DNA from: Oscillospiraceae bacterium
GTDB taxonomy: Bacteria > Bacillota > Clostridia > Oscillospirales > Ruminococcaceae
Reading direction: 5' to 3'
NCBI GenBank assembly: GCA_045532595.1
Contig: JAZSGG010000008.1
Location: 969 to 64,968 of the forward strand
Length of the DNA: 64,000 nucleotides
Positions 45,859 to 55,793 of this stretch are shown here, in pieces; position 1 is the first letter of the stretch; every line of letters starts with the position of its first letter. The position numbers were made by a program, and so were the translations under genes. Under the pieces are notes generated by a model. The model was not told the DNA's origin. It ran no database searches and worked only from the letters and a program-made list of their open reading frames with translations.

Positions 45859-48771
45859 TTAATCACGGTATTCTTCCATCACATAAGCCTCAAAGATATC
45901 GCCTTCCTTGATGTCTGTGAACTTCTCGAGGCTTACACCGCACTCAAAGCCAGCGGTAACTTCCTTAACGGAATCCTTGAAGCGCTGCAGACCTGCAATG
46001 TGATCGTCGCCAACGATGATACCGTCACGAACTATACGGACCTGACCGTTACGGGCAACCTTACCCTCAAGAACGTAAGAACCTGCTACGATACCAACAT
46101 TTGTGATTTTGAATACCTGACGCACCTCGACACGGCCAAGCTCCACCTCACGGTACTTGGGAGCCAGCATACCCTTCATAGCGGTGGTGATATCCTCGAT
46201 AGCATCGTAAATTACACGATACAGACGGATCTCAACGCCGTCACGCTTAGCATTCTCAGCAGCAGACGGATGAGGTCTTACGTTGAAGCCTACGATGATA
46301 GCGCCGGAAGCCATAGCCAGCATTACGTCGCTCTCGCTTACCGCACCTACTGCGCCGTGGATAACTCTTACTCGCACTTCCTCGTTGGTGATCTTTTCAA
46401 GAGACTGCTTAACAGCCTCAACAGATCCCTGTACGTCAGCCTTGACGATGATAGGCAGCTCCTTTACAGTGCCGCTCTCGATGGAGGAGAACAGATTATC
46501 AAGTGTAACCTTCTGGTATGCCTTGAACTGCTCTTCCTTAGCGTCATGCTTACGTTTCTCAACCAGCTCTCTTGCGAGCTTCTCATCCTCTACAGCTGCG
46601 AAGGTATCGCCTGCGGAGGGAACCTCTGCAAGACCCATGATCTCAACAGGAACGGAAGGACCTGCTACCTTTACTGTTCTTCCCTGATCGTCACGCATTA
46701 CTCGTACACGACCAACCGATGTGCCTGCGATGATGACATCACCTGTGTGCAGTGTACCGTTCTGAACGAGTACTGTTGCGATAGGACCTCTGCTCTTATC
46801 AAGACGTGCCTCGATAACAGCGCCCTTTGCGAGTCTGTTGGGGTTTGCCTTGAGTTCAAGAACGTCGGCAACAAGACCAACCATCTCAAGCAGAGTATCC
46901 ATGCCGTAGCCTGTCTTAGCGGAAACAGGAACGCAGATAACGTCGCCGCCCCAGTCCTCGCATACCAGCTCGTACTTTGTCAGCTCTTCCTTTACACGAT
47001 CGGGATTTGCAGTCTCCTTATCCATCTTATTGATGGCAACGATGATGGAAACGCCTGCAGCCTTTGCATGGTTGATAGCCTCAACGGTCTGGGGCATGAT
47101 GCCGTCGTCCGCTGCAACTACAAGGATAGCGATATCTGTGAGGTTTGCACCTCTTGCTCTCATTGTTGTGAACGCTTCATGTCCGGGGGTATCAAGGAAG
47201 GTGATCTCTCTGTCATCAACGGCTACCTTGTATGCACCAATGTGCTGTGTGATACCGCCTGCCTCAGTAGCGGTAACGGAAGCCTTTCTGATATAGTCCA
47301 GAATAGATGTCTTACCGTGGTCAACGTGACCCATTACAACAACTACAGGAGATCTGGGTTCGAGGTTCTCAGCGGTATCCTCTACCTCCTCGAACAGACG
47401 CTCCTCAATTGTAACTACGACTTCCTTCTCGACCTTTGCGCCCAGCTCTTCAGCTACGATGCAGGCTGTATCGAAGTCGATGGTCTCGTTGAGGTTAGCC
47501 ATAACGCCCAGCAGGAACAGCTTCTTGATTACCTCTGTTGCTGTTACCTTCAGACGGGTAGCAAGCTCGGATACTACGATCTCATCAGGGATCTGTACCT
47601 TCAGCTGCTGCTTTCTTGCACGCTCAAGCTCCAGACGCTTCAGCTTCTGAGCCTCGGTCTCACGCTTGTTGTTATAGCCGCCCTTGTTCTTATTCTGGGA
47701 CTTCTGGTTGATCTTCTGCTTGCGCTGGAAGTTATCATTGCTGTGGCGGGAAGCGGGAGCAATGTTCTCATAGCGCTCGTTATACTTATCAAGCTCAACA
47801 TAGGAGCCTCTTGTATCGACCATCTTGGTCACCTGCTCGCCACGCTGAACTGCCTCACCCTTCTGCTTCTGCATTGTAGGAGGTGTATTTACCTTGATCT
47901 TGGAAGAATCAATAGCAGGCGCATTAGGAGCGGGCTTGGGTGCAGGCTGAGCTGCAGCGGGTCTGTTGCGGTTATCGTTTCTGTTGTCACGATTGAAGCC
48001 GCCCTGACGGTTATCGTTTCTGTTATCTCTGTTGAACTGCGGTCTGTCACCGTTCTGACGATTGTCACGATTGAACTGGGGACGCTCGCCGTTTCTATTA
48101 TCACGGTTGTCACGGTTGAACTGAGGTCTGTCGCCGTTCTGACGGTTATCGGGACGACGATCTCTGTTATCCTGACGAGGTGCTCTGTCAGCAGGCTTAG
48201 TCTCCTGCTTGGGAGCTTCGGGCTTCTTTTCTTCAGCCTTGGGAGCAGCTTCTGCCTTAACTTCAGGCTTCTTCTCCTCTTCCTTAACTTCAGGCTTCTT
48301 GGTCTCGGGTTTTGCTGCTTCAGCCTTGATCTCAGGCTTCTTTTCTTCAGCCTTGGGAGCAGCAGCCTTTGCATCAGCCTTCTTTTCCTCGCCCTTAGGC
48401 GCTTCAGTCTTAACTTCCGGCTTCTTCTCCTCAGCCTTGGGGGCAGCCTTCTTTTCCTCTGCCTTTGCTTCAGCTACAGGAGCTTCCTCGGCCTTGGCAG
48501 CCTTCTTCTTGGCAGCAGGCTTCTTCTCCTCAGGCTTGGGCTTCTCTGTCTTGATGTCAGCGGTCTTATTGAAATAGTCGGCGAAATCCTTCACCTCATG
48601 CTTGCGGGAATACTTTTCAAGCACATAGCTGATCTCTTCAGGAGACAGGGCGGTCTGAGCCTTCTTGGGAGTTCCCCCGAAAGCCTTATCCAGCAGCTCG
48701 ATAATCTCGCTGCGGTCTGCGCCCATATCCTTTGCAATGTCCTGAACACGATATTTATTGTTTGTTGGCAA
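45859..48771 (-). CDS. infB: Translation initiation factor IF-2
   Basis: [33 protein letters not shown]. Confidence 0.97.
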   Translation of the reverse strand: MPTNNKYRVQDIAKDMGADRSEIIELLDKAFGGTPKKAQTALSPEEISYVLEKYSRKHEVKDFADYFNKTADIKTEKPKPEEKKPAAKKKAAKAEEAPVAEAKAEEKKAAPKAEEKKPEVKTEAPKGEEKKADAKAAAPKAEEKKPEIKAEAAKPETKKPEVKEEEKKPEVKAEAAPKAEEKKPEAPKQETKPADRAPRQDNRDRRPDNRQNGDRPQFNRDNRDNRNGERPQFNRDNRQNGDRPQFNRDNRNDNRQGGFNRDNRNDNRNRPAAAQPAPKPAPNAPAIDSSKIKVNTPPTMQKQKGEAVQRGEQVTKMVDTRGSYVELDKYNERYENIAPASRHSNDNFQRKQKINQKSQNKNKGGYNNKRETEAQKLKRLELERARKQQLKVQIPDEIVVSELATRLKVTATEVIKKLFLLGVMANLNETIDFDTACIVAEELGAKVEKEVVVTIEERLFEEVEDTAENLEPRSPVVVVMGHVDHGKTSILDYIRKASVTATEAGGITQHIGAYKVAVDDREITFLDTPGHEAFTTMRARGANLTDIAILVVAADDGIMPQTVEAINHAKAAGVSIIVAINKMDKETANPDRVKEELTKYELVCEDWGGDVICVPVSAKTGYGMDTLLEMVGLVADVLELKANPNRLAKGAVIEARLDKSRGPIATVLVQNGTLHTGDVIIAGTSVGRVRVMRDDQGRTVKVAGPSVPVEIMGLAEVPSAGDTFAAVEDEKLARELVEKRKHDAKEEQFKAYQKVTLDNLFSSIESGTVKELPIIVKADVQGSVEAVKQSLEKITNEEVRVRVIHGAVGAVSESDVMLAMASGAIIVGFNVRPHPSAAENAKRDGVEIRLYRVIYDAIEDITTAMKGMLAPKYREVELGRVEVRQVFKITNVGIVAGSYVLEGKVARNGQVRIVRDGIIVGDDHIAGLQRFKDSVKEVTAGFECGVSLEKFTDIKEGDIFEAYVMEEYRD
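47960..48570 (-). repeat. Low-complexity tandem repeats in the IF-2 N-terminus
   Basis: Several [11 protein letters not shown] units and three to four QFNRDNR units. Confidence 0.8.
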
Positions 48772-48808
48772 TGTAAAAATCCTCCAATACTAGTTAGTTC
48801 AAATCAGA

Positions 48809-49108
48809 TCATATGTTCTTCTTGATGGAGCTGAACAGCCCTTTGTCAAGGATCAGGAAGATAGCGGCACGCTTGCCGACTGCTTCCTGTGCTTCGTCCA
48901 TAGTGAACGGTGCTTTTGCGATCTCGCAGCCGTATCTTTCAGCGGCGAAGCGGATCTCCTTTTCGGTCTTGGGTGAAACATCCTCTGCCAGAAGCAGGCC
49001 CGCCGCCTTGCTCTTGGGCGAAGCCATCTCCTCTACCACTGCATCGAAGCCCATAACGAGCTTTCCTGCACGGCGGCAGAGTCCGAGTGTGGTCAGTATC
49101 TTATTGAT
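48809..49108 (-). CDS. ylxQ: L7Ae-family RNA-binding protein; homology extends upstream of ATG 49054 to an ATC codon
   Basis: In-frame INKILTTLGLCRRAGKLVMGFDAV; upstream in-frame TGA at 49115-49117; SD AAGGAG at 49119-49124. Confidence 0.85.
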   Translation of the reverse strand: MNKILTTLGLCRRAGKLVMGFDAVVEEMASPKSKAAGLLLAEDVSPKTEKEIRFAAERYGCEIAKAPFTMDEAQEAVGKRAAIFLILDKGLFSSIKKNI

Positions 49109-49370
49109 CCGAACTCAGCTCCTTCTCTATAGTGTCGTATATCTCCTCGGGAACAGCGCATTTCAGCGAACGGTCAAGCTTTCTTGCCTTGCGCACCTGC
49201 GAGAAGCATTCTGCGTCACGGCAGATATAAGCGCCACGGCCTGCTTTCTTGCCTGTACTGTCAAGGGATATCTCTCCCTCCTTGCTGCGCACTATACGCA
49301 CAGCACCTTTTTTGCCTATCATCTCGCCGCAGCCTAAGCATTTGCGCAGCGGAACACGCTTTTCCTGCAT
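49101..49370 (-). CDS. ylxR: YlxR/RnpM RNA-binding protein
   Basis: PLRKCLGC...GRGAYIC. Confidence 0.93.
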   Translation of the reverse strand: MQEKRVPLRKCLGCGEMIGKKGAVRIVRSKEGEISLDSTGKKAGRGAYICRDAECFSQVRKARKLDRSLKCAVPEEIYDTIEKELSSDQ

Positions 49371-49383
49371 ACGTTTTTTCTCC

Positions 49384-50562
49384 TTATTCTTCGGTCTGAA
49401 CCTCTGTCTCTTCGTACTCAGGCTCGGGAACCTCGATCACCTCAAGATCCTCAGGTGTTACCTTGCTCTCTGCCTTGATGTCGATCTTATAGCCTGTAAG
49501 CTTTGCAGCCAGCCATGCATTCTGACCCTTGTTACCGATAGCCAGAGAAAGCTGATTATCAGGGACGATAGCCTTGCATGCACGAACTCTGGGATCGTTG
49601 ATAACTACACGGCTAACCTCAGCGGGCTTCAGAGCCTGCTTGATGAACTCCTCGGGATCCTCGCTGTAAAGTACAACGTCGATCTTCTCGCCCTTGATCT
49701 CCTTTGTTACTGCTGTGATACGGCTCTTTGCGGGACCGATGCAGGTGCCGACAGCGTCAACATTGGGATCGTTGCTGATAACAGCGATCTTGGAACGGGA
49801 GCCGGGTGCACGGCTGATGGACTTGATCTCCACGATGCCGTCATAGATCTCGGGACATTCAAGCTCAAACAGACGCTTGATGAGGCCCTTGTCTGTTCTT
49901 GTGATCCTGAGGGACTGCTTCTTTGCGCCCTCCTTGTATTCTCTGGAAACACCTGTGATGAATACCTTTATTACCTGACCCTCAACCAGCAGCTCGCCGG
50001 GGATCTGGTCATTTCTCATCAGCAGAGTCTCATTCTTGTTGATCTCAATGGTTGCATGGCCTGTCTTAGGCTCTACACGGGTAACGACAGCAGATACTGC
50101 CTCGTTCTCGTACATGCCCCACAGCTCGGAAAGCTGCTGACGCTCAACATCACGGAAGCCCTGCTTGATGAGATCCTTCGCATTCTTGGCAGCGATACGC
50201 TTGAACTCATGAGTATCAATGGGGCAGCGAACATGATCGCCTACCTGCAGCATGGGATCGATCTTTCTTGCTTCCTCAAGCACGATCTCGATCTCAGGCT
50301 CGTACAGGCTGTCAACTACCTCGATTACTTCCTTCAGAACGCTTACATCGAAGATCTGCTTTTCAAGGTCGATGTTTACCTGAACAGCGTCGCTCTCCTT
50401 ATCCTCGATGTGAAGATTTGTCTTTAAGCTCTTTTCGATAGCGAGCTTGATCTTCGCAACGAACACATCCTGGTCGATTCCCTTTTCAGCAGCCAGATCA
50501 GCGAGCGCATTGAAAAATTCGCCTATCTCGTTTTCCTTGGGTGCTACCTTTTTCTTAGCCAT
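49384..50562 (-). CDS. nusA: Transcription termination/antitermination factor NusA
   Basis: S1 and KH domains; SRAPGSRSKIAV, SLAIGNKGQNA. Confidence 0.96.
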   Translation of the reverse strand: MAKKKVAPKENEIGEFFNALADLAAEKGIDQDVFVAKIKLAIEKSLKTNLHIEDKESDAVQVNIDLEKQIFDVSVLKEVIEVVDSLYEPEIEIVLEEARKIDPMLQVGDHVRCPIDTHEFKRIAAKNAKDLIKQGFRDVERQQLSELWGMYENEAVSAVVTRVEPKTGHATIEINKNETLLMRNDQIPGELLVEGQVIKVFITGVSREYKEGAKKQSLRITRTDKGLIKRLFELECPEIYDGIVEIKSISRAPGSRSKIAVISNDPNVDAVGTCIGPAKSRITAVTKEIKGEKIDVVLYSEDPEEFIKQALKPAEVSRVVINDPRVRACKAIVPDNQLSLAIGNKGQNAWLAAKLTGYKIDIKAESKVTPEDLEVIEVPEPEYEETEVQTEE

Positions 50563-50583
50563 TTTCCGTTATTCCTCCATTAC

Positions 50584-51075
50584 TTAAAAATCAGTGTCAT
50601 CAAAATCGTCATAATTTATGCCTGAGATATCCGTCGGGATGATGTCAAGCGTGCCGAAATCGCCGCTCACGGTGAGCTTTTCGCCGTCATACGCATCCAG
50701 TATGCAGCTGAACACTTTTGACGGAGCGCCGTCAAGCAGCTTATAGGTCTTGATCTTCACTTTCTTACCGATAGAAAGCGAAAGCTGTGCCAGCCTCCTT
50801 ATCGGACGCTCGATGCCTGCAGAGCCGATCTCAAGATAATCTATCTTGTCGATGAACTCCTGCTTGTCGATCTCCTCGTTGATAAGTCCGTCGATAGACT
50901 CGCAGTCGTCAATGGAGATACCCTCCGCCCGATCAATGAATACTCTCAGATACCACTTTGCGCCTTCCTTTGCGAACCACACATCCCAGAGAACAAAGCC
51001 ATGCGACTCCACTATAGGACGTACCGCAGCCTCCGCAGCAGCCTCGATCGTGCTGAAGCCCTTTGCCAAAGCCAT
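50584..51075 (-). CDS. rimP: Ribosome maturation factor RimP
   Basis: LRVFIDR..GISIDDCE, LEIGSAGIERP; first gene of the nusA operon. Confidence 0.93.
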   Translation of the reverse strand: MALAKGFSTIEAAAEAAVRPIVESHGFVLWDVWFAKEGAKWYLRVFIDRAEGISIDDCESIDGLINEEIDKQEFIDKIDYLEIGSAGIERPIRRLAQLSLSIGKKVKIKTYKLLDGAPSKVFSCILDAYDGEKLTVSGDFGTLDIIPTDISGINYDDFDDTDF

Positions 51076-51128
51076 TTTAAGACCCCTTTCGTTTTGTTAT
51101 AACGATAGTATTTTCCCAATTAAAACTT

Positions 51129-51202
51129 AAAGACCGGGGCGAACCCCAGTCTTTAGCCTAATCTATCATATGTATTATAACACTATTTATAAATAAAATC
51201 AA
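51129..51202 (-). promoter_or_regulatory. rimP operon promoter and leader hairpin
   Basis: TTGATT-17-TATAAT (51202-51174); hairpin AAAGACTGGGG/CCCCGGTCTTT at 51129-51154. Confidence 0.65.
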
Positions 51203-51234
51203 GAGGTTTTTTGAAAAAAGTTATACTTTTAAGC

Positions 51235-51262
51235 AAAAGACGTGCAGCCGAAGCCGCACGTC
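51235..51262 (-). terminator. Terminator of the zinc-ribbon gene
   Basis: GACGTGCGGC-ttcg-GCTGCACGTC plus TTTT. Confidence 0.8.
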
Positions 51263-51269
51263 AGAAATA

Positions 51270-53342
51270 TCACCATGTATGGGTCATTGTTGTATGAGCC
51301 GCATATTCAGTGCCGTAATAACGCTCGATGTACTCGTCGATATCGTAACCACCTGTCACGCCCTCGATAAGGTCATCGACATCATCCATGCCAAGCTCAT
51401 TGAGAGCAGCTGCAAAAGTCTCGTCAGCAAGGATCTTTTCAGCATAGTATGTAGCAACCTGCTCAACGAACTCGATACCCTCATCATCTGCGATATCATC
51501 AATATCAATAGCGTTATCGCCCTCGAAATCGCCTGATGCAACCTTCTTGCCTGCAGGCTCTGCCGCAACATAAACGCCGTAATAGCCGAGAGGCTCACTC
51601 TCGAATGCCACATCATATCTGATACCTTTACCCGAAGGAGAGGTCTTTATAACAAGCGCTGCACCATCAAAAACAGAATCCAGATCAAAGCTTTCATCGC
51701 CTATAGTAAACTCTTCCTCGCTGATATCGTAGTCAATAACGGATTCAATCAGATCAGAATCGATAAGCAACTTGAATGTACCTACATAAGTCTCCTGACC
51801 GAATGCCTTATGAGTGCCGAAATCGCTATATTCAAAGTTCAGCTTGATATCAATCTCATCCTCGATAGCAATCGTCATTTCAGCAACGCCGGATTTTGCA
51901 TCTGTCTTTTCGGCCACGAGGAACACTTCAACATCGGAATCATAATTCATCTCAGTAGTAAATCCTACAGCGAAGTAATCAGAAGAATTGAGAGCGGATA
52001 AAACGATCTCTTCATCCTTAGTATATACACTGAGTTCTACACCTGCAAGCTTATTCGCAGCTGTTACATATCCTCTGAAGCAGAACTCCACATCAGAATC
52101 ATCCATTCCATAGATGAAATCCTCTAAGCCTGCAATAAGATCTTCCTCGTAATCGAAATCCTCGATATTATCCTCCAGCAGATCGCAGATATAATCATTA
52201 TCGGAAAGCACTCCGATCATATCCTCAAGCATATCATGCATGGTATCTGCCTCGAATATTATCTCAGAACACAGACCCTCAAACCTTGCGCCATCTATCT
52301 TCAGGCTGCTCTTTTCAACGGAAACATCAGCCTCCTCATAATACTCATCAAACACCTCTTCAAGCTGCTTGACAAGGGAGGAAAGCTGTTTGAGATCAAG
52401 TGCCACCTTCTCATTCTCCACTATCTCGGGAAGCTCGGGGCCTTCTGCAACCAGTGCAGCCTTTGTAGCATCGGGGAATGTGATAAATATCTCACCATCA
52501 GCGCCATAAAATACTGTCATATCGAACAGGGGTGACTTTTCCTCGCCAAAGGTCATGGCGAACTGGTAATCCTCTGCGCCTGTCTTTTCAGTAGCTGTAT
52601 AGCAACAGGTATTGAGCTTCTGCACGAGAGCCTTCAGCAGATCAGCATCAATATCGACATTGCTTTCGCTGATCATATCTTCAAGGCCGTTATACACATC
52701 ATCAGTAGGACGAACATCAAAACCTGCTTTCATAGTGACGCCATCTACGCCTGCTGCCGCATTTGCCATTGCAAGCATAGCCAGAGACGCCTCAGCAGAG
52801 GTATCATAATCTTCAGAGGCAGCTGCAAAAGCACTGCTTACAGAATTTGTTGCAGTATCTACTACAGAAGGATCGGAAGCAACAGTTCCGATAGCATCCA
52901 TAAGAACGGACTTTGCATAATCCTCTTCGCCCATGAAGGTCTTGAGAAAGCCTGCCTTATTTGTAAAGAATACCGCTACAACGATAGCGATGACCGCTAC
53001 CACGCAGCCGAGAACAATGAAAAGCAACGGCTTCTTGCTCTTTGCAGCGGAAGGCGCATATGCGGAATATCCTGCTATGGGATCAGACTCGGGGATCTGC
53101 TGCGCAGCTGCATCACCCACAACATATTCAGGGATCTGCTGTCCGACTGCTCCCTCTTCAACATAGGACGCTTCCTGCTGAGCAGAATACTCTTCGACAG
53201 GCTGGGAATAGTACTGTGTGGCAGTATCAGCTACAGAAGCGGTATTGATTTCAGATACAGCATCCTCAATAAGGCTGTTACCGCAGGCTGCACAGAATTT
53301 CGCCGTATCAGGCAGTTGTGTACCGCAATACTTACAAATCAT
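51270..53342 (-). CDS. Zinc-ribbon-domain membrane protein with a large acidic extracellular region
   Basis: CKYCG...FCAACG, one TM helix, D/E-rich C-terminus. Confidence 0.8.
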   Translation of the reverse strand: MICKYCGTQLPDTAKFCAACGNSLIEDAVSEINTASVADTATQYYSQPVEEYSAQQEASYVEEGAVGQQIPEYVVGDAAAQQIPESDPIAGYSAYAPSAAKSKKPLLFIVLGCVVAVIAIVVAVFFTNKAGFLKTFMGEEDYAKSVLMDAIGTVASDPSVVDTATNSVSSAFAAASEDYDTSAEASLAMLAMANAAAGVDGVTMKAGFDVRPTDDVYNGLEDMISESNVDIDADLLKALVQKLNTCCYTATEKTGAEDYQFAMTFGEEKSPLFDMTVFYGADGEIFITFPDATKAALVAEGPELPEIVENEKVALDLKQLSSLVKQLEEVFDEYYEEADVSVEKSSLKIDGARFEGLCSEIIFEADTMHDMLEDMIGVLSDNDYICDLLEDNIEDFDYEEDLIAGLEDFIYGMDDSDVEFCFRGYVTAANKLAGVELSVYTKDEEIVLSALNSSDYFAVGFTTEMNYDSDVEVFLVAEKTDAKSGVAEMTIAIEDEIDIKLNFEYSDFGTHKAFGQETYVGTFKLLIDSDLIESVIDYDISEEEFTIGDESFDLDSVFDGAALVIKTSPSGKGIRYDVAFESEPLGYYGVYVAAEPAGKKVASGDFEGDNAIDIDDIADDEGIEFVEQVATYYAEKILADETFAAALNELGMDDVDDLIEGVTGGYDIDEYIERYYGTEYAAHTTMTHTW

Positions 53343-53390
53343 AATTATACTCCTTAATATTATATACTATATTTTCCAAAGCCACATATA

Positions 53391-53419
53391 AGTATATCAC
53401 ACAACCACATTCCTGTCAA
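53391..53419 (-). promoter_or_regulatory. SigA promoter of the zinc-ribbon gene
   Basis: TTGACA-17-TATACT. Confidence 0.75.
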
Positions 53420-53742
53420 CAAATGTCGGCATTACAGAAACACAAACATATTTTAACAAGGAGACGGTTTTTTGTGCAAATTAATTACAACGCATATATC
53501 AGGTGCATTTTTGACACAAGTTAATCAGTATCGTTTTCAGGTCAATACAGAATACTCATTGGTTTGGCACAAGGCAAAATTCAAACTCAACTGCGGTCGA
53601 TGTCAAAGCAAAAGAAACTTCACTTTTTTACTGATAAATACGCTAAAAACTGGTGTTAGATGTCAGCTAAATCAGTGTTATGAGATACAATTAAACCATA
53701 AGACATATTTTTACTTAAAAATAATTCAGGAGGTTTGAGATC

Positions 53743-53988
53743 ATGTTCAACAACAGAACACAGGATGGACGAAATAATATAGCGGGCGTTAAAGTTGCTG
53801 CCCTCCGTAAAGCACTAAAAATATCCCAGCGTGAAGTTGCTGACAGACTACAGCTGATCGGTCTTGATATAGATAAGAACGCAGTACAGAGAATCGAATC
53901 GGGTCAGCGCTTTGTTACCGATATCGAGCTTATCTCGCTGGCTAAGGTTTTTTCTGTTACCATTGAAGATCTTCTTAACAGAGATTGA
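53743..53988 (+). CDS. XRE-family HTH regulator
   Basis: LRKALKISQREVA...VQRIESGQRFVTDIEL; SD AGGAGG. Confidence 0.88.
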   Translation: MFNNRTQDGRNNIAGVKVAALRKALKISQREVADRLQLIGLDIDKNAVQRIESGQRFVTDIELISLAKVFSVTIEDLLNRD

Positions 53989-54003
53989 TGATTCCAAATA
54001 CCA

Positions 54004-54027
54004 AAGGCGGACTGAAAAGTCCGCCTT
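54004..54027. terminator. Bidirectional terminator
   Basis: AAGGCGGACT-gaaa-AGTCCGCCTT. Confidence 0.8.
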
Positions 54028-54044
54028 GTTTTATTCTCATAAAC

Positions 54045-55076
54045 TTATACAACGCCGAGGAACTCCTCCAGTGTAAGACCACTGTCGTTCACAAGCTTCG
54101 CTGTGCTTTTGCCGAGATATCTGATATGCCACGGCTCATACATATAGCCTGTGATATCGGACTTGCCTTTGGGATAACGGATGATGAAGCCGTAATCAAC
54201 ACAATTCTGTGCCAGCCACTTGCCCTCTGCCGTCTTACCGTAGGATTGCTTCAGAGAGGTGATATCCATTGCAAGACCTGTCTGATGCTCGGAATGACCC
54301 GGACGGGCGGAATATGTCTCCGCCACAGCCTCACCATCAACAGAACACCAGTATCTGAATGTGCTTTCCTGCTTTGTATAGGAGCGGAAGCCCGAAACTA
54401 TGCTCATATCATAGCCTGACGCACGCTTCATGCGTACATATGCAGTGTATGCTTCGCTGTCCAGACCATCGCCGTATGTCTTAGGCAGAGAAAACTCCTT
54501 ATTCACAAGCAGGATGCCGCCCACATAAGTAACGCCGTCGATCTCAACAGGCTCGGGAGCGTCTATCTTTGCCGTAACAGTACCTTTACAGCGGATATCC
54601 TCAAAATCATTCAGCACACTGATACAGCCGGCACCCTTTATAACGCCTGCTGGATTGACCCACAGCTCACCACCGAGCTTAACCGTGCCGCTGCTTAGTA
54701 TCTTGGTCTTTCCCGTGCAGCTGAAAAGTGAACCCTCCTGCATATCAAGCTCACCCCTGATATACACGCTGCCGCCCTCTGCGACCTTCAGGTTGCCGCC
54801 CAGCGTAAGGGTCACGCCTGTATCGATGTAAAGCACTCCGCCGTTACGGACATACATCGTCTGTCCCTGCTCGACCGCCATATTCTTTGTGATCTTACGG
54901 GTCTTTGTTATATTGATATTCTTCGGCTTTGCTGCCGTACTCGTTTCAGCGTTCTGTGACACTGCTGCGGAATACTCTCTCTCGACCATAACACTATCCG
55001 CCGAAGCAGACACACATCCTGCCGCAACCACCGAACACATCAGCAGAGCCGCCGCCACAACACATCTGAACTTCAC
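54045..55076 (-). CDS. M15B D-Ala-D-Ala carboxypeptidase (VanY/LdcB-like) with an N-terminal beta-rich domain
   Basis: SGFRSY, SARPGHSEHQTGLAMD, EPWHIRY; GTG start after AGGAGG. Confidence 0.9.
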   Translation of the reverse strand: MKFRCVVAAALLMCSVVAAGCVSASADSVMVEREYSAAVSQNAETSTAAKPKNINITKTRKITKNMAVEQGQTMYVRNGGVLYIDTGVTLTLGGNLKVAEGGSVYIRGELDMQEGSLFSCTGKTKILSSGTVKLGGELWVNPAGVIKGAGCISVLNDFEDIRCKGTVTAKIDAPEPVEIDGVTYVGGILLVNKEFSLPKTYGDGLDSEAYTAYVRMKRASGYDMSIVSGFRSYTKQESTFRYWCSVDGEAVAETYSARPGHSEHQTGLAMDITSLKQSYGKTAEGKWLAQNCVDYGFIIRYPKGKSDITGYMYEPWHIRYLGKSTAKLVNDSGLTLEEFLGVV

Positions 55077-55146
55077 AGGAAACACCTCCTTTATATATAA
55101 AACGAAAAACACACGCTATAAGTTGCACAAGCTGCCAATTTTTATT

Positions 55147-55222
55147 AGTATAACACAGATGTCCTATTTTTGTCAACGCCGATAACATGCCGATTGACGC
55201 ATTTAAGAATTTGTGCTATACT
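55147..55222. promoter_or_regulatory. Overlapping divergent SigA promoters
   Basis: Minus: TTGACA-18-TATACT (55176-55147); plus: TTGACG-17-TATACT (55194-55222). Confidence 0.65.
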
Positions 55223-55247
55223 TGTTAAGAAATATGAAAGGATGGAT

Positions 55248-55754
55248 ATGATAATGATAACAGTTCGTGGCTTTCTGCCGACAGATATTACTTCAATGCT
55301 GAAGATATGGAACGACATTGTGGAACAGGGCGAAGCATTCCCACAGGAAGAAACGCTTACTCTTGATACAGCTATGACATTCTTCGCCGAACAGAGCCAT
55401 ACAGGAGTGGCGACAAACGACAACGGCGACATTTTGGGATTATATATCCTGCATCCGAACAACATCGGCAGATGCGGACATATTGCCAATGCAAGCTATG
55501 CGGTGGCAGCGGACTGCAGAGGGCAGCACATCGGCGAGGCTCTCGTTACAGACTGCCTGAAGAAATGCAGGGAGCTTGGCTTCGGCGTACTGCAGTTCAA
55601 TGCGGTGGTAAGCACCAACATGCCTGCGCTGGCGCTTTACAAAAAGCTGGGCTTCACACAGCTGGGTACGATCCCTGCAGGCTTCAGGAAGAAAGACGGA
55701 AGTTTTGCTGATATCATACCTCATTATATAGATATAAGAACACTCGGAATATGA
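55248..55754 (+). CDS. GNAT N-acetyltransferase
   Basis: GLYILHPNNIGRCGHIANASYAV...QFNAVVSTN..ALALYKKLGF. Confidence 0.88.
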   Translation: MIMITVRGFLPTDITSMLKIWNDIVEQGEAFPQEETLTLDTAMTFFAEQSHTGVATNDNGDILGLYILHPNNIGRCGHIANASYAVAADCRGQHIGEALVTDCLKKCRELGFGVLQFNAVVSTNMPALALYKKLGFTQLGTIPAGFRKKDGSFADIIPHYIDIRTLGI

Positions 55755-55756
55755 CA

Positions 55757-55790
55757 GAAAGATCGGAAAGTACACACTTCCCGATCTTTC
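55757..55790. terminator. Bidirectional terminator
   Basis: GAAAGATCGGAAAG-tacaca-CTTCCCGATCTTTC. Confidence 0.75.
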
Positions 55791-55793
55791 TCT

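Noticed and set aside
45808-48825. 1005-aa ORF on the plus strand, and similar long antisense ORFs (5527-6783, 31906-33195, 40040-41080, 49249-50427, 56367-57536)
   Set aside because: Mirror ORFs opposite well-supported genes, expected from codon bias; Leu/Cys-rich and without motifs
53472-53738. 88-aa ORF with an upstream AAGGAG in an AT-rich intergenic region
   Set aside because: TTG start, atypical composition and no recognisable domain; more likely the regulatory region of the divergent genes
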